Shown piece after piece: positions 1 through 9,456 of a stretch of DNA of 32,000 bases. Under the pieces are notes generated by a model. It saw only the letters and a list, made by a program, of their open reading frames with translations, was not told where the DNA came from and did no database searches. The DNA is from Haloferax volcanii DS2 (lineage in GTDB: Archaea > Halobacteriota > Halobacteria > Halobacteriales > Haloferacaceae). Where the stretch lies: the NCBI RefSeq assembly GCF_000025685.1, contig NC_013967.1:1470001-1502000 (forward strand), read 5' to 3'. Position numbers and translations under genes: made by a program. The first letter of the stretch is position 1. Each line of letters opens with the position of its first letter.

Positions 1-627
1 GAACCGCGGGATGTCCCGGTATCCCTCGCCGCCGAGGTGGTGCACCTCGTCGAAGACGACGAGGCCGAAGTCGCCCCCCACGTCGTCGGCGCGGAGGTAC
101 GCCGAGTCGTACGTCGAGACCGTGATGGCCTCCTGCGTCTGTTCGCCGCCGCCGAAGCGCCCGACCGGCACGTCGAACTCGGTTTCGAGTTCGCGTATCC
201 ACTGGTCCTGTAAATCGATGGTCGGCACGACGACGAGCGTCGGGACCGAGCGGGCGACCATCGCCGCGACCGCCAGCACCGTCTTACCCGCGCCGGTCGG
301 GAGTTCCACGACGCCCGCTGCGTCTGCATCGAGCCACGCGTCGAGGGCGGCGCGCTGGTAGTCGCGGAGGTCGTAAGTCGTCGAAAGCGAGAGCGGGGAG
401 TCGAGGGCGGCCGCGACCCGGTCGTCGGAGTCGACGCCGGCCGCGTCGAGCGCGTCCCGAACCGCGGCGTACCGAATCGCAGGGGCGCGATAGCCGCCGC
501 TTCGGGGGTCGGCTTCGACGCTCGGTACGTCGGCGAGGGCGGCCCGAACGTCGGAGTCGTCGCCCGCAGCGCTGTCGCCGTCAGTGCCGATGTGGACGGT
601 TCCGTCCTCGAATCGGAGGGTCGTCAC
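1..627 (-). CDS. Superfamily-2 DNA repair helicase, Rad25/XPB-like (COG1061-type), N-terminal 209 codons; C-terminal part lies beyond the window start
   Basis: Minus-strand frame is open from base 1 to a GTG at 625-627. It is missing from the ORF track because there is no stop inside the window. Translation: VTTLRFEDGTVHIG...LRDYQRAALDAWL...VVELPTGAGKT (motif I)...TLVVVPTIDLQDQW...LVVFDEVHHL (motif II). TATA-like ATTTATC (minus, 653-659) lies ~29 nt upstream of the GTG. Confidence 0.8.
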   Translation of the reverse strand, partial: MTTLRFEDGTVHIGTDGDSAAGDDSDVRAALADVPSVEADPRSGGYRAPAIRYAAVRDALDAAGVDSDDRVAAALDSPLSLSTTYDLRDYQRAALDAWLDADAAGVVELPTGAGKTVLAVAAMVARSVPTLVVVPTIDLQDQWIRELETEFDVPVGRFGGGEQTQEAITVSTYDSAYLRADDVGGDFGLVVFDEVHHLGGEGYRDIPRF

Positions 628-745
628 TACCGGCGCGTTGGCGGGGCGCGGTGATAAATCGACGGTCCCGCGGTGGACACGCGGGCCGAGCCGGGCGGGA
701 GTGTCTCGGGGTTCCGGCCCGCCGCCCGCCGCCCGCGGGCCGAAG

Positions 746-753
746 ATTCAAAT
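746..753 (+). promoter_or_regulatory. TATA-like box for the 778..927 gene
   Basis: ATTCAAAT centred ~28 nt upstream of the ATG. Spacing is typical of haloarchaeal leaderless transcripts. Confidence 0.4.
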
Positions 754-777
754 CCGATGACGGGGCTACGGACGTGT

Positions 778-927
778 ATGAGCGACGACCTCGACGACGC
801 GGTCGCACAGTTCCTCAGCGACTACAACAGCGCGATGAAGGAGTACGAGAAGGGCTACGTCGACGCCGACGCGACGCTGTCGGTCATCGACGCGCACATC
901 GACGAATTGCGAGCGGCGCGGGAGTAG
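778..927 (+). CDS. Small acidic hypothetical protein (49 aa)
   Basis: ATG at 778 inside track ORF 673..927. Sequence MSDDLDDAVAQFLSDYNSAMKEYEKGYVDADATLSVIDAHIDELRAARE is acidic and helical. TATA-like ATTCAAAT (746-753) ~28 nt upstream favours this start over upstream ones. Confidence 0.5.
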   Translation: MSDDLDDAVAQFLSDYNSAMKEYEKGYVDADATLSVIDAHIDELRAARE

Positions 928-928
928 T

Positions 929-1381
929 TCAGTACCACAGCGAATCATCGCTACACCCGGTCCCTTTGAGTTTAATCTCCGCGTCCGTGGAGATGACGAT
1001 GTACATGCTGGGTGTTGGTGAGTCGTACCCGGAGCAGTCGGGCAGGTACGTGAACTCTCGGTCGCCGATATTGTGGCTCAGGGCTTCGATGCGGGCGATG
1101 TACGGCCGAGCGGGAGCAACCGCCGGAAAGTTCAGTCTCGGAACGTCCCCGTCCTCGGGTTGCGCCTCGATGTCGATATACTCCATCCACGCGAGTCCTT
1201 CGCCCCACTCGTCGGCACCGCGGCGAACGAGTTGCACGGTCACGGAGTGCGGTTGGTCGTGGAAGTTCATCACCGAGAGCGACAGCTTCGGCCTGTGTTC
1301 CTGATACACCGCGTTTCCGACGAGGCCGATGCCACCGAGTCCGGCAACTGCGCCAGCGACCATCTGTCGTCTAGACATCAT
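929..1381 (-). CDS. Hypothetical exported protein with twin-arginine-like N-terminus; one copy of a two-Cys beta-rich domain
   Basis: ATG-ATG start. MMSRRQMVAGAVAGLGGIGLVG gives an RR motif plus a hydrophobic stretch. The mature part (..DQPHSVTVQLV...YIARIEAL...LPDCSGY..x26..GCSDD) resembles each half of the 19288..20280 protein. Confidence 0.65.
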   Translation of the reverse strand: MMSRRQMVAGAVAGLGGIGLVGNAVYQEHRPKLSLSVMNFHDQPHSVTVQLVRRGADEWGEGLAWMEYIDIEAQPEDGDVPRLNFPAVAPARPYIARIEALSHNIGDREFTYLPDCSGYDSPTPSMYIVISTDAEIKLKGTGCSDDSLWY

Positions 1382-1412
1382 AAACTGGGCTACCGAACCG
1401 GGGGCGAAAAAC

Positions 1413-2228
1413 TTACTCCCCGATGAGCCCGCGAATCCGCTCGACGTATGCCGCGAACTCGCTTTCGGTCCGCTCGCGCGGGCGGTCGATATCGACCGAG
1501 ACGATTTCGCGGACGCGACCGGGGTTGGCGGCCATGACGACCACGCGGTCTGCGAGCGTGACCGCCTCCTCCACGTCGTGGGTGACGAACAGCACCGTCT
1601 TGTCCGTCTCCGCCCAGATGTCGAGCAGTTCGCCGTGGAGCATGTCGCGGGTCTGCGCGTCGACCGCGCCGAACGGCTCGTCCATGAGGAACAGTTCGGG
1701 GTCGACCGCGAGCGCTCGGGCGATGCCGACGCGCTGTTTCATCCCGCCGGACAGCTCTTTGGGATAGGCGTCGGCGAAGCCGTCGAGGCCGACGAGTTCG
1801 AGCATCTCCGTCACGCGCTCCGAGCGCGCCGGCTCCTCGACGCCCTGTTCTTCGAGCCCGAAGGCGACGTTCTCGCTGACGGTCCGCCACGGGAACAGCC
1901 CGTACTCTTGGAACACCATCCCGCGGTCGGTTCCGGGGCCGGTGACGGGCGAGCCGTCGAGGGTGACCGCGCCCGAGGTGGCGTCTTCGAGACCGGCGAT
2001 GATGCGGAACAGCGTCGTCTTGCCGCACCCCGAGGGGCCGACGATACAGACGAACTCGCCGTCCTCGACGGCGAACTCCACGTCCGACAGCGCCTCGACC
2101 GTCCGCCGGTCGGACGCGTAGGTCTTGCCGAGCGAGTCGACGCTGACCGTCGCGGCCTCGTCGGAGTCGGCCGCGGTTGCGCTCGTGTCCCCGGCCGCCC
2201 CCGCATCCGCGTTCGCGTCGTCGCTCAT
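1413..2228 (-). CDS. ABC transporter ATP-binding protein (NitT/TauT nitrate/sulfonate/taurine-type family)
   Basis: Walker A GPSGCGKTT, signature LSGGMKQR and Walker B LFLMDEPF. Start taken at ATG 2226-2228 (MSDDANAD...), overlapping the permease stop by 4 nt (ATGA). The track ORF runs on to 2414, but that part overlaps the permease gene. Confidence 0.9.
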   Translation of the reverse strand: MSDDANADAGAAGDTSATAADSDEAATVSVDSLGKTYASDRRTVEALSDVEFAVEDGEFVCIVGPSGCGKTTLFRIIAGLEDATSGAVTLDGSPVTGPGTDRGMVFQEYGLFPWRTVSENVAFGLEEQGVEEPARSERVTEMLELVGLDGFADAYPKELSGGMKQRVGIARALAVDPELFLMDEPFGAVDAQTRDMLHGELLDIWAETDKTVLFVTHDVEEAVTLADRVVVMAANPGRVREIVSVDIDRPRERTESEFAAYVERIRGLIGE

Positions 2229-3094
2229 GCTCTCCACTCCAGCACCCGCCGTTCGACCCGGCGGAACAGGCCGTCGCTCACGAGGAAGACGATGCTGATA
2301 ACGAGCATGTAGGCGACCGACACGTCCATCGCGAGGTTCTGCGCCGTGTTGAGAATCTCGTAGCCGACGCCGACGCCGACGATGAGTTCGGCCGCGACGA
2401 CGATCATCCAGCACTGGCCGATGCTCGTCCGGATGCCGGTCATGATGGAGGGGCTGGCCGCCGGGATGACGACCTTCCGAATCATCGTCCAGTCGTCGTC
2501 GACGCCGAGGGTCGCCGCGACCTCCTTGAGGTCCTCGGAGACGCCCTCGACGCCGCCGTAGGCGCTGTAAAAGTTAATCCAGAAGGAGCCGATGGCCACG
2601 ATGAACGTCGCGCCTTGGTGGTTGACGCCGAGCCAGATGACTGCGAACCCAATCCACGCCAGCGGCGGAATCGGCCGGAGCAGGCGCGTGACCGGCGTGA
2701 AGACGCTGTCGACGCGGGTGTTCCAGCCCATGGCGATGCCCGCGAAGACGCCGAGCGAGGTCCCGATGAGCAGGCCCGGCACGTAGTGGTAGAGACTCTG
2801 GACTAATTTGACGAGGAGCCGCGTCGCCGGGAGTTCCGCACCGGTGAAGGGAATCGAAAGCGACGCCGGCGCGGTGAGTTCGACGACGAACGCCGCGAGC
2901 ACCTCGACGGGCGAGGGGAGGAGATACGTCGGCTGGAACAGCGCGGCGACGTGCCAGACGGCGAGAAAGCCCGCGAAGCCGGCGACCGCGAGCCCCGCCC
3001 GTTCCGAGGAGAACCCCGCGAGCCGGTCGAGCAGTCGCTCGTCCGCCTCGGTCTCCGAGAGGGCGACGCCGCTGCCGACTTCGTCGTTGCTCAT
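2225..3094 (-). CDS. ABC transporter permease (SsuC/TauC-type binding-protein-dependent inner membrane component)
   Basis: 289 aa and multi-TM. EAA-like loop: EVAATLGVDDDWTMIRKVVIPAASPSIMTGIR. The start overlaps the upstream binding-protein stop as ATGA (3091-3094). Confidence 0.9.
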   Translation of the reverse strand: MSNDEVGSGVALSETEADERLLDRLAGFSSERAGLAVAGFAGFLAVWHVAALFQPTYLLPSPVEVLAAFVVELTAPASLSIPFTGAELPATRLLVKLVQSLYHYVPGLLIGTSLGVFAGIAMGWNTRVDSVFTPVTRLLRPIPPLAWIGFAVIWLGVNHQGATFIVAIGSFWINFYSAYGGVEGVSEDLKEVAATLGVDDDWTMIRKVVIPAASPSIMTGIRTSIGQCWMIVVAAELIVGVGVGYEILNTAQNLAMDVSVAYMLVISIVFLVSDGLFRRVERRVLEWRA

Positions 3095-4137
3095 AGCGAG
3101 TCGTAGATACCGTAGTCGAACATCTCGTCGACGGTCAACTGCGCCTCCGTCTTCCCGAGCGTCTGGGCGTAGTCGGCGAATATTTCAGCGCCGCCCTCGA
3201 TGTCGTGGGGGTCTGTGATGAAGTCCGAGGCGGGCGAATCGAGCGCCGCGCGGGCGGTCTCGACCGGGAGCGCGCTCTCCCCGATGACCGTGCTCGCGTG
3301 CTGGGCGGCCGTGTCGGGGTTGTCGGCGACGAAGTTCGTCGCCTGCTGGTGGAGTTCGACGAACTCCGTGGCGAGGTCGCGGTTGTCCTGCCGGAGGCGG
3401 TCGTGCATGAGCGTGACCGCCGCGGGCTGGCCGGGCATGAAGTCGCCCGCCCACGCGATGGGCTGGAACGGCGCGTCGTTGGCGTCGATGACCGTCGGCA
3501 CGGGCTCCATGATGCTCGTGCCGTCGACGTTGTTCGAGAGGAGCGCCTGCTGGACCGCGGCCGCGCCGCCGAGGCCCTTGATGTTCACGTCCTCCTCGGG
3601 GTCGAGCCCGAGCGTGTTCTGAATCCAGTAGCGGAGCAGGATGTCCGGGACCGACCCCGGCGGGAACGTGCCGAACGTGAACTTACGACCCTTCTCCGCC
3701 TCGAACTCCGCGAAGGCGTCCGAGCCGTGTTCCTCCCACAGCGCGGCGAACTCGTCGGTGGCGAGAATCTGCATCGCGTTTTTGATGTTCGCCGCGGTTA
3801 TCTTCGCGGGGATGCCCTTGTCCATGACAATCATCGCCGGGACGATACCGAACATCATCACGTCGAAGTCGCCCGTCGCCGACGCCTGGACGATGCTCGG
3901 GCCGTCGGAGAACTTCTTGCCCGAGACCGGGACCGAAAGCTGGTCGAACAGTCCCTCTTCTTCCATCACGAAGTACTGCATATCCGGGTAGATGGGCATG
4001 TAGGCGACGTTGAGTTCGTCCAGCCCGCTTCCGCCGGACCCGCCGAGACAACCCGCGAGGCCGGCGGTCGCTGCGAGGCCGGACCCTTGCAGGAATCGTC
4101 TACGGCTAATCGACGTCGAACGTGGTGCCTCTGTCAT
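3091..4137 (-). CDS. ABC transporter substrate-binding lipoprotein (NMT1/THI5-like, NitT/TauT family), Tat signal
   Basis: Real start is ATG at 4135-4137 inside the artefactual 825-aa track ORF. MTEAPRSTSISRRRFLQGSGLAATAGLAGC gives a twin-arginine motif plus a lipobox Cys. First gene of a three-gene operon. Confidence 0.85.
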   Translation of the reverse strand: MTEAPRSTSISRRRFLQGSGLAATAGLAGCLGGSGGSGLDELNVAYMPIYPDMQYFVMEEEGLFDQLSVPVSGKKFSDGPSIVQASATGDFDVMMFGIVPAMIVMDKGIPAKITAANIKNAMQILATDEFAALWEEHGSDAFAEFEAEKGRKFTFGTFPPGSVPDILLRYWIQNTLGLDPEEDVNIKGLGGAAAVQQALLSNNVDGTSIMEPVPTVIDANDAPFQPIAWAGDFMPGQPAAVTLMHDRLRQDNRDLATEFVELHQQATNFVADNPDTAAQHASTVIGESALPVETARAALDSPASDFITDPHDIEGGAEIFADYAQTLGKTEAQLTVDEMFDYGIYDSL

Positions 4138-4392
4138 GCCCTCGTTACGAATCAGCGCCTTATTCGGGGCGCGTACCCGGTAACGATAGACGCGGTAGAT
4201 GACGCATTGAAACCGAGTTATTCCCGTTCTACGACCGTATTCGAGGTTTGAACGGTCGGTTTCGCTGAACTGTTGACTCCGAGATAGCGGCATGAATGGC
4301 CGCCAAACACCGCCAGTCACGTCACCGAGCCGATTGGTCGACCGCGGCCGTGCGTGGGAAGAACTATCCCGAACGGCGACACCGGATAGGAT

Positions 4393-5514
4393 ATGACGCA
4401 CTTCTCCGACCGGGTGGAGCGAATCTCCATCAGCGGCATTCGCAAGGTGTTCGAGGCGGCTGGCGAAGACGCTATCAACCTCGGGCTGGGTCAGCCCGAC
4501 TTCCCGGCCCCGGACCACGCCCGGCAGGCGGCCGTCGAGGCCATCGAAGCCGGCGAGGCCGACGGCTACACCGGGAACAAGGGCCTCCCGAGCCTGCGCG
4601 AGGCCATCGCCGAGAAGCACCGCCGCGACCAGGGCGTCGACCTCGACCCCGACGACGTCATCGCAACGGCGGGCGGGAGCGAGGCGCTCCACATCGCCAT
4701 CGAGGCGCACGTGAACGAGGGCGACGAGGTCATCATCCCCGACCCCGGCTTCGTCTCCTACGACGCGCTCACGAAACTCGCCGGCGGCGAACCGGTGCCG
4801 GTCCCGCTCCGCGACGACCTGACGCTCGACCCCGCGGCGGTCGAAGACGCCATCACCGAGGACACCGCGGCGTTCGTCGTCAACAGCCCCGGCAATCCGA
4901 CGGGCGCGGTGTCGCCGCCCGACGACATCGCGGAGTTCGCCCGCATCGCCGACGAACACGACGTGCTCTGTATCTCCGACGAGGTGTACGAGTACACCGT
5001 CTTCGAGGGCGAACACCGCTCGCCCATCGAGTTCGCCGAGACGGACAACGTCGTCGTCGTCAACTCGGCCTCGAAGCTGTTTTCGATGACCGGCTGGCGA
5101 CTCGGCTGGGTGTACGGCTCCACCCGCCGGGTCGAACGGATGCTCCGCGTCCACCAGTACGTGCAGGCGTGCGCCTCCGCGCCGGCGCAGTTCGCGGCCG
5201 AGGCCGCGCTCAGCGGCCCGCAGGACCGCATCGAGGAGATGACCGAAACGTTCCGCGAGCGCCGCGACCTCGTCGTCGAGGGACTGGAGGACATCGGCCT
5301 CACCGTCCCGTCGCCGGGCGGCGCGTTCTACGTCATGCCCGAGGTGCCCGAGGGCTTCGTCGACGAGTGCATCGACCGCGGCGTGATTATCGTGCCGGGC
5401 GAGGCGTTCGGTGAACACGGCCACGGCTACGCCCGACTTTCGTACGCGACCGACACCGAGTCGCTCCGCGAGGCCATCGAGATAATGGGCGAGGCGTACG
5501 ACGCGGTCGTCTGA
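4393..5514 (+). CDS. Pyridoxal-phosphate-dependent aminotransferase, class I/II (aspartate aminotransferase-like)
   Basis: 373 aa. Motifs: ISISGIRKVF...LGLGQPDF...GYTGNKG...NSPGNPTG...SASKLFSMTGWRLGW (PLP-lysine motif SxSK). Weak TATA-like AACTATC at 4362-4369, ~28 nt upstream. Confidence 0.9.
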   Translation: MTHFSDRVERISISGIRKVFEAAGEDAINLGLGQPDFPAPDHARQAAVEAIEAGEADGYTGNKGLPSLREAIAEKHRRDQGVDLDPDDVIATAGGSEALHIAIEAHVNEGDEVIIPDPGFVSYDALTKLAGGEPVPVPLRDDLTLDPAAVEDAITEDTAAFVVNSPGNPTGAVSPPDDIAEFARIADEHDVLCISDEVYEYTVFEGEHRSPIEFAETDNVVVVNSASKLFSMTGWRLGWVYGSTRRVERMLRVHQYVQACASAPAQFAAEAALSGPQDRIEEMTETFRERRDLVVEGLEDIGLTVPSPGGAFYVMPEVPEGFVDECIDRGVIIVPGEAFGEHGHGYARLSYATDTESLREAIEIMGEAYDAVV

Positions 5515-5610
5515 GCCCGCAACACGCCCGCAGTCGGTCGATTCGTCGACCGAACTACGACAACTCACGGCATCCGATGCGTCTTATTCTCAGGTCTCGA
5601 AGTGAAAACC

Positions 5611-5618
5611 CTTAAATT
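5611..5618 (+). promoter_or_regulatory. TATA-like box for the NhaC gene
   Basis: CTTAAATT, preceded by the purine-rich GAAAAC and centred 30 nt upstream of ATG 5645. Confidence 0.45.
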
Positions 5619-5644
5619 CGGGAGCCGGTGAGGAAACATTTGTC

Positions 5645-7207
5645 ATGCCCGCAGAGACGCATGGAGTCATCAGCCTGCTGCCGGCGCTCTTCGCAATCGT
5701 GCTGACGCTGGCCAGTCGGCAGGTGCTCCTCTCACTGTTCACCGGCATCTGGATCGGTGCGACCATCCTGGTGGGATGGAACCCAATCGGCGGGGCGGCG
5801 TACTCCCTCCAGTTGGTCATCAACAACGTGACCGAGTCGTTCAACAGCAAACTCCTCCTGTTTACCTTCCTTTCGGGCGCGATGCTCGGGATGATATTCC
5901 TCTCGGGCGGGATGAACGCGCTCGCACAGCGCATCATCGCCCGCATCAAGACCCGTAAACAGGCCGCGCTGGGGACGAGCGTCCTCGGGATGCTCATCTT
6001 CGTCGACTCCTACGCGAGCACGATGATTACGGGCTCGGTGATGCGGCCCATCACCGACAAGTTCGACATCAGCCGCGAGAAGCTCGCGTACCTGCTCGAC
6101 TCGACCACCTCGCCCGTGGTGAGCGTCGCCGTCGTCTCGACGTGGGTCGGCTTCGAGGTCGGTCTCATCCGCGAGCAGTTCGCCTCGCTCGGCATCGACC
6201 AGAGCGCCTTCGTGGTGTTCCTCCAGAGCATCCCGTTCCGCTTTTACAGCCTGCTCGCGGTCGCCCTCGTGTTCATCCTCGTCGTGATGGACTGGGACTT
6301 CGGGCCGATGCAACGCGCCGAGCGCCGCGCGAAAGAGGAGGGGAAGGTCCTCGGCGACGACGCCGACCCCCTCATCGAGACGCGCGAGGAGGACATCGTC
6401 ACGCCCGACTACGTCGATTCGCGCTGGTGGTACTTCGCCGCACCCATCGTCACGCTCGTCGCCGTTACCGGCTTCGGCCTGCTGTACTCCGGCGGCTGGC
6501 CCGGGCAGGTACCCGTCGAGGCGCTGAAGGACGCGGCCACCGCCGACGCCATCCTCTGGGGCGTCTTCTCGGCGTGCGCGCTGCTGCTCGCCATCCTCGT
6601 CGGCCACGCCCGCGTCGAACTCGAAGCCGTCAGCGACGCCATCTTCGAGGGCTTCAAGATGGTCATGTTCCCCGTGGCCGTCCTCTCGCTGGCGTGGACC
6701 ATCGGGAGCGTCAGCGAGGCGCTCGGCGTGGGTCCGTTCGTCGTCAGCGTCGCCCAGGGCGTCATCACGCCCGAACTCCTGCCCGCGGTCGTCTTCCTCG
6801 CCGCGGCCATCATCTCGTTCTCCATCGGCACGTCGTGGGGGACGATGGGAATCATGTTCCCCGTCGCGGTGCCGCTTGCCTACCAGCTCGGCGCGCCGCT
6901 CCCCGGTGCCATCGGCGCGATTCTCACCGGCTCGCTGTTCGGTGACCACTGTTCGCCCATCAGCGACACGACGGTCCTCTCGTCGATGTTCGCCGGCGCG
7001 GACCACGTCGACCACGTGAACACGCAGATTCCGTACGCCGTCCTCTGCGGAGCCGTCGCGACGGGGCTGTTCCTCGCGAGCGGCTACGGCGTGGGCTCGC
7101 TGGCGCTCCTCGGCATCGGCGTCGTCGCGCTGTTCGCGCTCGCGTACTACCTCTCGCAACACGCCGACGTGAGCGTCCCGAACGTGTTCGGGTCGTCGTC
7201 CGACTAA
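5645..7207 (+). CDS. nhaC: Na+/H+ antiporter NhaC-family membrane protein
   Basis: 520 aa and polytopic. N-terminal ISLLPALFAIVLTLASRQVLLSLFTGIWIG...FVDSYASTMITGSVMRPITDKF...LAYLLDSTTSPV is typical of the NhaC family. Confidence 0.8.
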   Translation: MPAETHGVISLLPALFAIVLTLASRQVLLSLFTGIWIGATILVGWNPIGGAAYSLQLVINNVTESFNSKLLLFTFLSGAMLGMIFLSGGMNALAQRIIARIKTRKQAALGTSVLGMLIFVDSYASTMITGSVMRPITDKFDISREKLAYLLDSTTSPVVSVAVVSTWVGFEVGLIREQFASLGIDQSAFVVFLQSIPFRFYSLLAVALVFILVVMDWDFGPMQRAERRAKEEGKVLGDDADPLIETREEDIVTPDYVDSRWWYFAAPIVTLVAVTGFGLLYSGGWPGQVPVEALKDAATADAILWGVFSACALLLAILVGHARVELEAVSDAIFEGFKMVMFPVAVLSLAWTIGSVSEALGVGPFVVSVAQGVITPELLPAVVFLAAAIISFSIGTSWGTMGIMFPVAVPLAYQLGAPLPGAIGAILTGSLFGDHCSPISDTTVLSSMFAGADHVDHVNTQIPYAVLCGAVATGLFLASGYGVGSLALLGIGVVALFALAYYLSQHADVSVPNVFGSSSD

Positions 7208-7223
7208 CCCCGACGGACCGCGA

Positions 7224-7228
7224 TTTTT
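7224..7228 (+). terminator. Oligo-T tract after the NhaC gene
   Basis: T5 run 17 nt after the TAA at 7205-7207. Archaeal terminators are oligo-T tracts. Confidence 0.35.
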
Positions 7229-7692
7229 CATCGACTGACGAACCCCGCGACCAGCACCGTCGCGTACGCCAAGAGCAACAGCCCCCCGAAGAGCCCCGCG
7301 GCTTCGAGGCCCATGTTCGGGTAGACGACCGAGAACAGCGCCGTCGAGACCGCGTCGACGAGCATGCCCGGGACGACGAGCAGCACCGCGGCCTCCCGCC
7401 GCGCGCCACTGGACAGCCCGCGCCACCGGAAGATTCCGACCGCGAGCGCCCACATCGCGGGGACCGTCAGCGCGAACACCGCGGCCGTGACCAGCGGCCG
7501 GGAGGGCACCAACACGAGTTGGCCGACGACGCGAAAGACGAGACCGGCGACGAGGGCAATCGCCAGCCCGACGCCGAGAAGCACCCGCGTCTCCGACAGC
7601 GGGAGCCGACGAGCGCCGGCCTCGGAGACTTGTGGACTGATTGTCACGCCTCTCGTACGCGGGCAACGCGTATCAGCGTTCGTGCCGGCCAC
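7228..7692 (-). CDS. Hypothetical integral membrane protein (about 4 TM)
   Basis: Hydrophobic 154-codon ORF with a GTG start at 7692. An alternative GTG at 7647 gives VTISPQ... The start is uncertain. Confidence 0.55.
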   Translation of the reverse strand: MAGTNADTRCPRTRGVTISPQVSEAGARRLPLSETRVLLGVGLAIALVAGLVFRVVGQLVLVPSRPLVTAAVFALTVPAMWALAVGIFRWRGLSSGARREAAVLLVVPGMLVDAVSTALFSVVYPNMGLEAAGLFGGLLLLAYATVLVAGFVSR

Positions 7693-7728
7693 AGGATATT
7701 ATGTCACCCCGGTATAACGATTGGTCGA

Positions 7729-7974
7729 ATGTCAGTTCTCTCGACCGCCGACGAAGGAAAGTTCCTCATGGACGAGGAGGCCGAACAGATCGGAATCGTG
7801 ACCGAAGTCGACACGGACGCCCAAATCGCGTACGTCGAACCCGACCCCGACATCGCCGAGGCAGTCCTGCAGGGCCTCGGCTTCGGTGACGCCGACGGCG
7901 ACGACATCGAGGTGCCGGCCGAGTCGGTCGAAACGGTCACCGACTCGGAGCTTCGCGTCGCCAAGGATCTCTGA
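7729..7974 (+). CDS. Small acidic hypothetical protein (81 aa)
   Basis: ATG at 7729 inside track ORF 7519..7974. MSVLSTADEGKFLMDEEAEQIGIVTEVDTDAQIAYVEPDPD... is highly acidic. TATA-like ATATTAT (7696-7702) lies 30 nt upstream. Confidence 0.5.
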   Translation: MSVLSTADEGKFLMDEEAEQIGIVTEVDTDAQIAYVEPDPDIAEAVLQGLGFGDADGDDIEVPAESVETVTDSELRVAKDL

Positions 7975-8198
7975 GCCCCACCTGCGACGAATCGCTGTTT
8001 TCCGCCGCAAATCACGACGCGTGAGCCGCACGACAGTCGACCTTGCGGCGCGATTCCGCTTTCTGTGTTCGTCCTCTCTCGGAGAATGTGAGATGACTAA
8101 TTCTGTATAGCGAATTTTGGTTTACGTGTGGCGTGGCGGACGGATTCCTGACCAATCGAAAGCAACGGGAACGCGCGGAAAAGACGAACTGCTGACAG

Positions 8199-9374
8199 CT
8201 ACTTCGCCGTCGAGACGATTTTGATGACGTCGCCCTCTTCGAGTTCGTGGTCCTCGGCGATGCGGCGTTTCGCTCGCGCGTCGACCGCGTGGAGGTAGCC
8301 GTCACCGATGTCCGAGTGGACCGCGTACGCGAGGTCCCGCGGCGTCGACCCCCGCGGGAGGAGGAAGGCGTCGGGGAGGACGTTGCCCGTACCGTCGGTC
8401 CATTTCGACTCGTTTTGGACCGGGTAGACCGTGATGCGGTCGAGCACGTCGTAAACGGCGGTGTTGATGGCTTCCTGCGTGCCGGTGCCGCCGTGTTCGC
8501 CCATCAGGTCGCGGATGCGTTCGAGGCCCTGCTCCTGTGCGCCGCTCACGTCGCCGACGAGTTCGAAGTCGTCGTCGCCGGGGTGGTAGTCGATGATGCC
8601 CGCCTCGCGGGCCCGCCGGAGCGCGAGTTCGCCGTCCGCGGTCGCGGCGATGACGGGCTTTCCGGTCTCGGCGAGTCGGTCGAGGTTCTCCGGCGGCGCG
8701 ATGTCAACCTTGTTGGCGACGAGGACGATTGGCTTGGTCCGCTGGCGAATCGCGCGGGCGAGTTCGACGCGGTCCGCGTCGTCCCAGTCTCGTGGGTTCG
8801 GCGAGTAGTCGAGCTGTCGCAGGACCGCGGCGATGTCGTACTCGTTCGCGCCGACGCCCGTCAGGAGGTCCGAAAGCGCGTCGTCCATGTCGAAGTCGGG
8901 CGACCGCGACTTGCGAACCACGGACTCCCAGTTCTTGTGGACGATGCCCGCGAGCCACTGTTCGAGTTCCTCCTCGATGAAGTCGACCTCCTCGACGGGG
9001 TCGAAACTCCCCACCTCGACGGGCTCGCCCTCGGCGTTCGTCCCCCCGGAGGCGTCGACGACGTTGACGATGGCGTCGGCGTTCGTCAGCTCGTCGAGGA
9101 ACTGGTTGCCGAGGCCGCGACCCTCGTGCGCGCCGGGGACGAGCCCCGCCACGTCCACGAGTTCGACGGCGACGTAGCGGATGCCGTCCTCGCAGTTGCC
9201 GCAGCGCTCGTCGCGGTCGAGACAGGGACAGCGGGTGCGAGCGTGCGTGACGCCGCGGTTCGCGTCGATAGTCGTGAAGGGGTAGTTCGCCACGTCGACC
9301 TCGGCGAGCGTCGAGGCCGTGTAGAACGTCGATTTGCCGGCGTTCGGCTTGCCGGCTAACGCGAGAGAGAGCAT
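8199..9374 (-). CDS. Obg/YchF/DRG-type GTP-binding protein with C-terminal TGS-like domain
   Basis: G1 GKPNAGKST, G3 DVAGLV, G4 NKVD, and a C-terminal EEGDVIKIVSTAK. Cys cluster CPC..x7..CGNC in the N-terminal part. Confidence 0.88.
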   Translation of the reverse strand: MLSLALAGKPNAGKSTFYTASTLAEVDVANYPFTTIDANRGVTHARTRCPCLDRDERCGNCEDGIRYVAVELVDVAGLVPGAHEGRGLGNQFLDELTNADAIVNVVDASGGTNAEGEPVEVGSFDPVEEVDFIEEELEQWLAGIVHKNWESVVRKSRSPDFDMDDALSDLLTGVGANEYDIAAVLRQLDYSPNPRDWDDADRVELARAIRQRTKPIVLVANKVDIAPPENLDRLAETGKPVIAATADGELALRRAREAGIIDYHPGDDDFELVGDVSGAQEQGLERIRDLMGEHGGTGTQEAINTAVYDVLDRITVYPVQNESKWTDGTGNVLPDAFLLPRGSTPRDLAYAVHSDIGDGYLHAVDARAKRRIAEDHELEEGDVIKIVSTAK

Positions 9375-9456
9375 GGGTCGACGATGGTCGCGGACGCGGA
9401 AAAACGCTCGCGTGTGCGGAAGCGCGAGCGACGACGGAGCGGCGGGCGAAACGAGG

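Noticed and set aside
3091-5568. 825-aa minus-strand track ORF spanning the binding-protein gene and the antisense of the aminotransferase gene
   Set aside because: Only the last 348 codons (from ATG 4137, Tat/lipobox start) look like a protein. The upstream part is Arg/Ala/Gly-rich antisense read-through of the 4393..5514 gene, typical of high-GC DNA.
5732-7666. 644-aa minus-strand ORF opposite the NhaC gene
   Set aside because: It is extremely Arg/Gly/Asp-rich with no motifs and is fully antisense to a convincing polytopic transporter. This is a GC-driven shadow ORF.
8104-8114. 11-nt exact repeat TGTATAGCGAA at 8104 and 15238
   Set aside because: By a rough uniform-composition estimate, hundreds of such 11-mer coincidences are expected between positions in a 32-kb two-strand comparison. 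There is no extended similarity around it.
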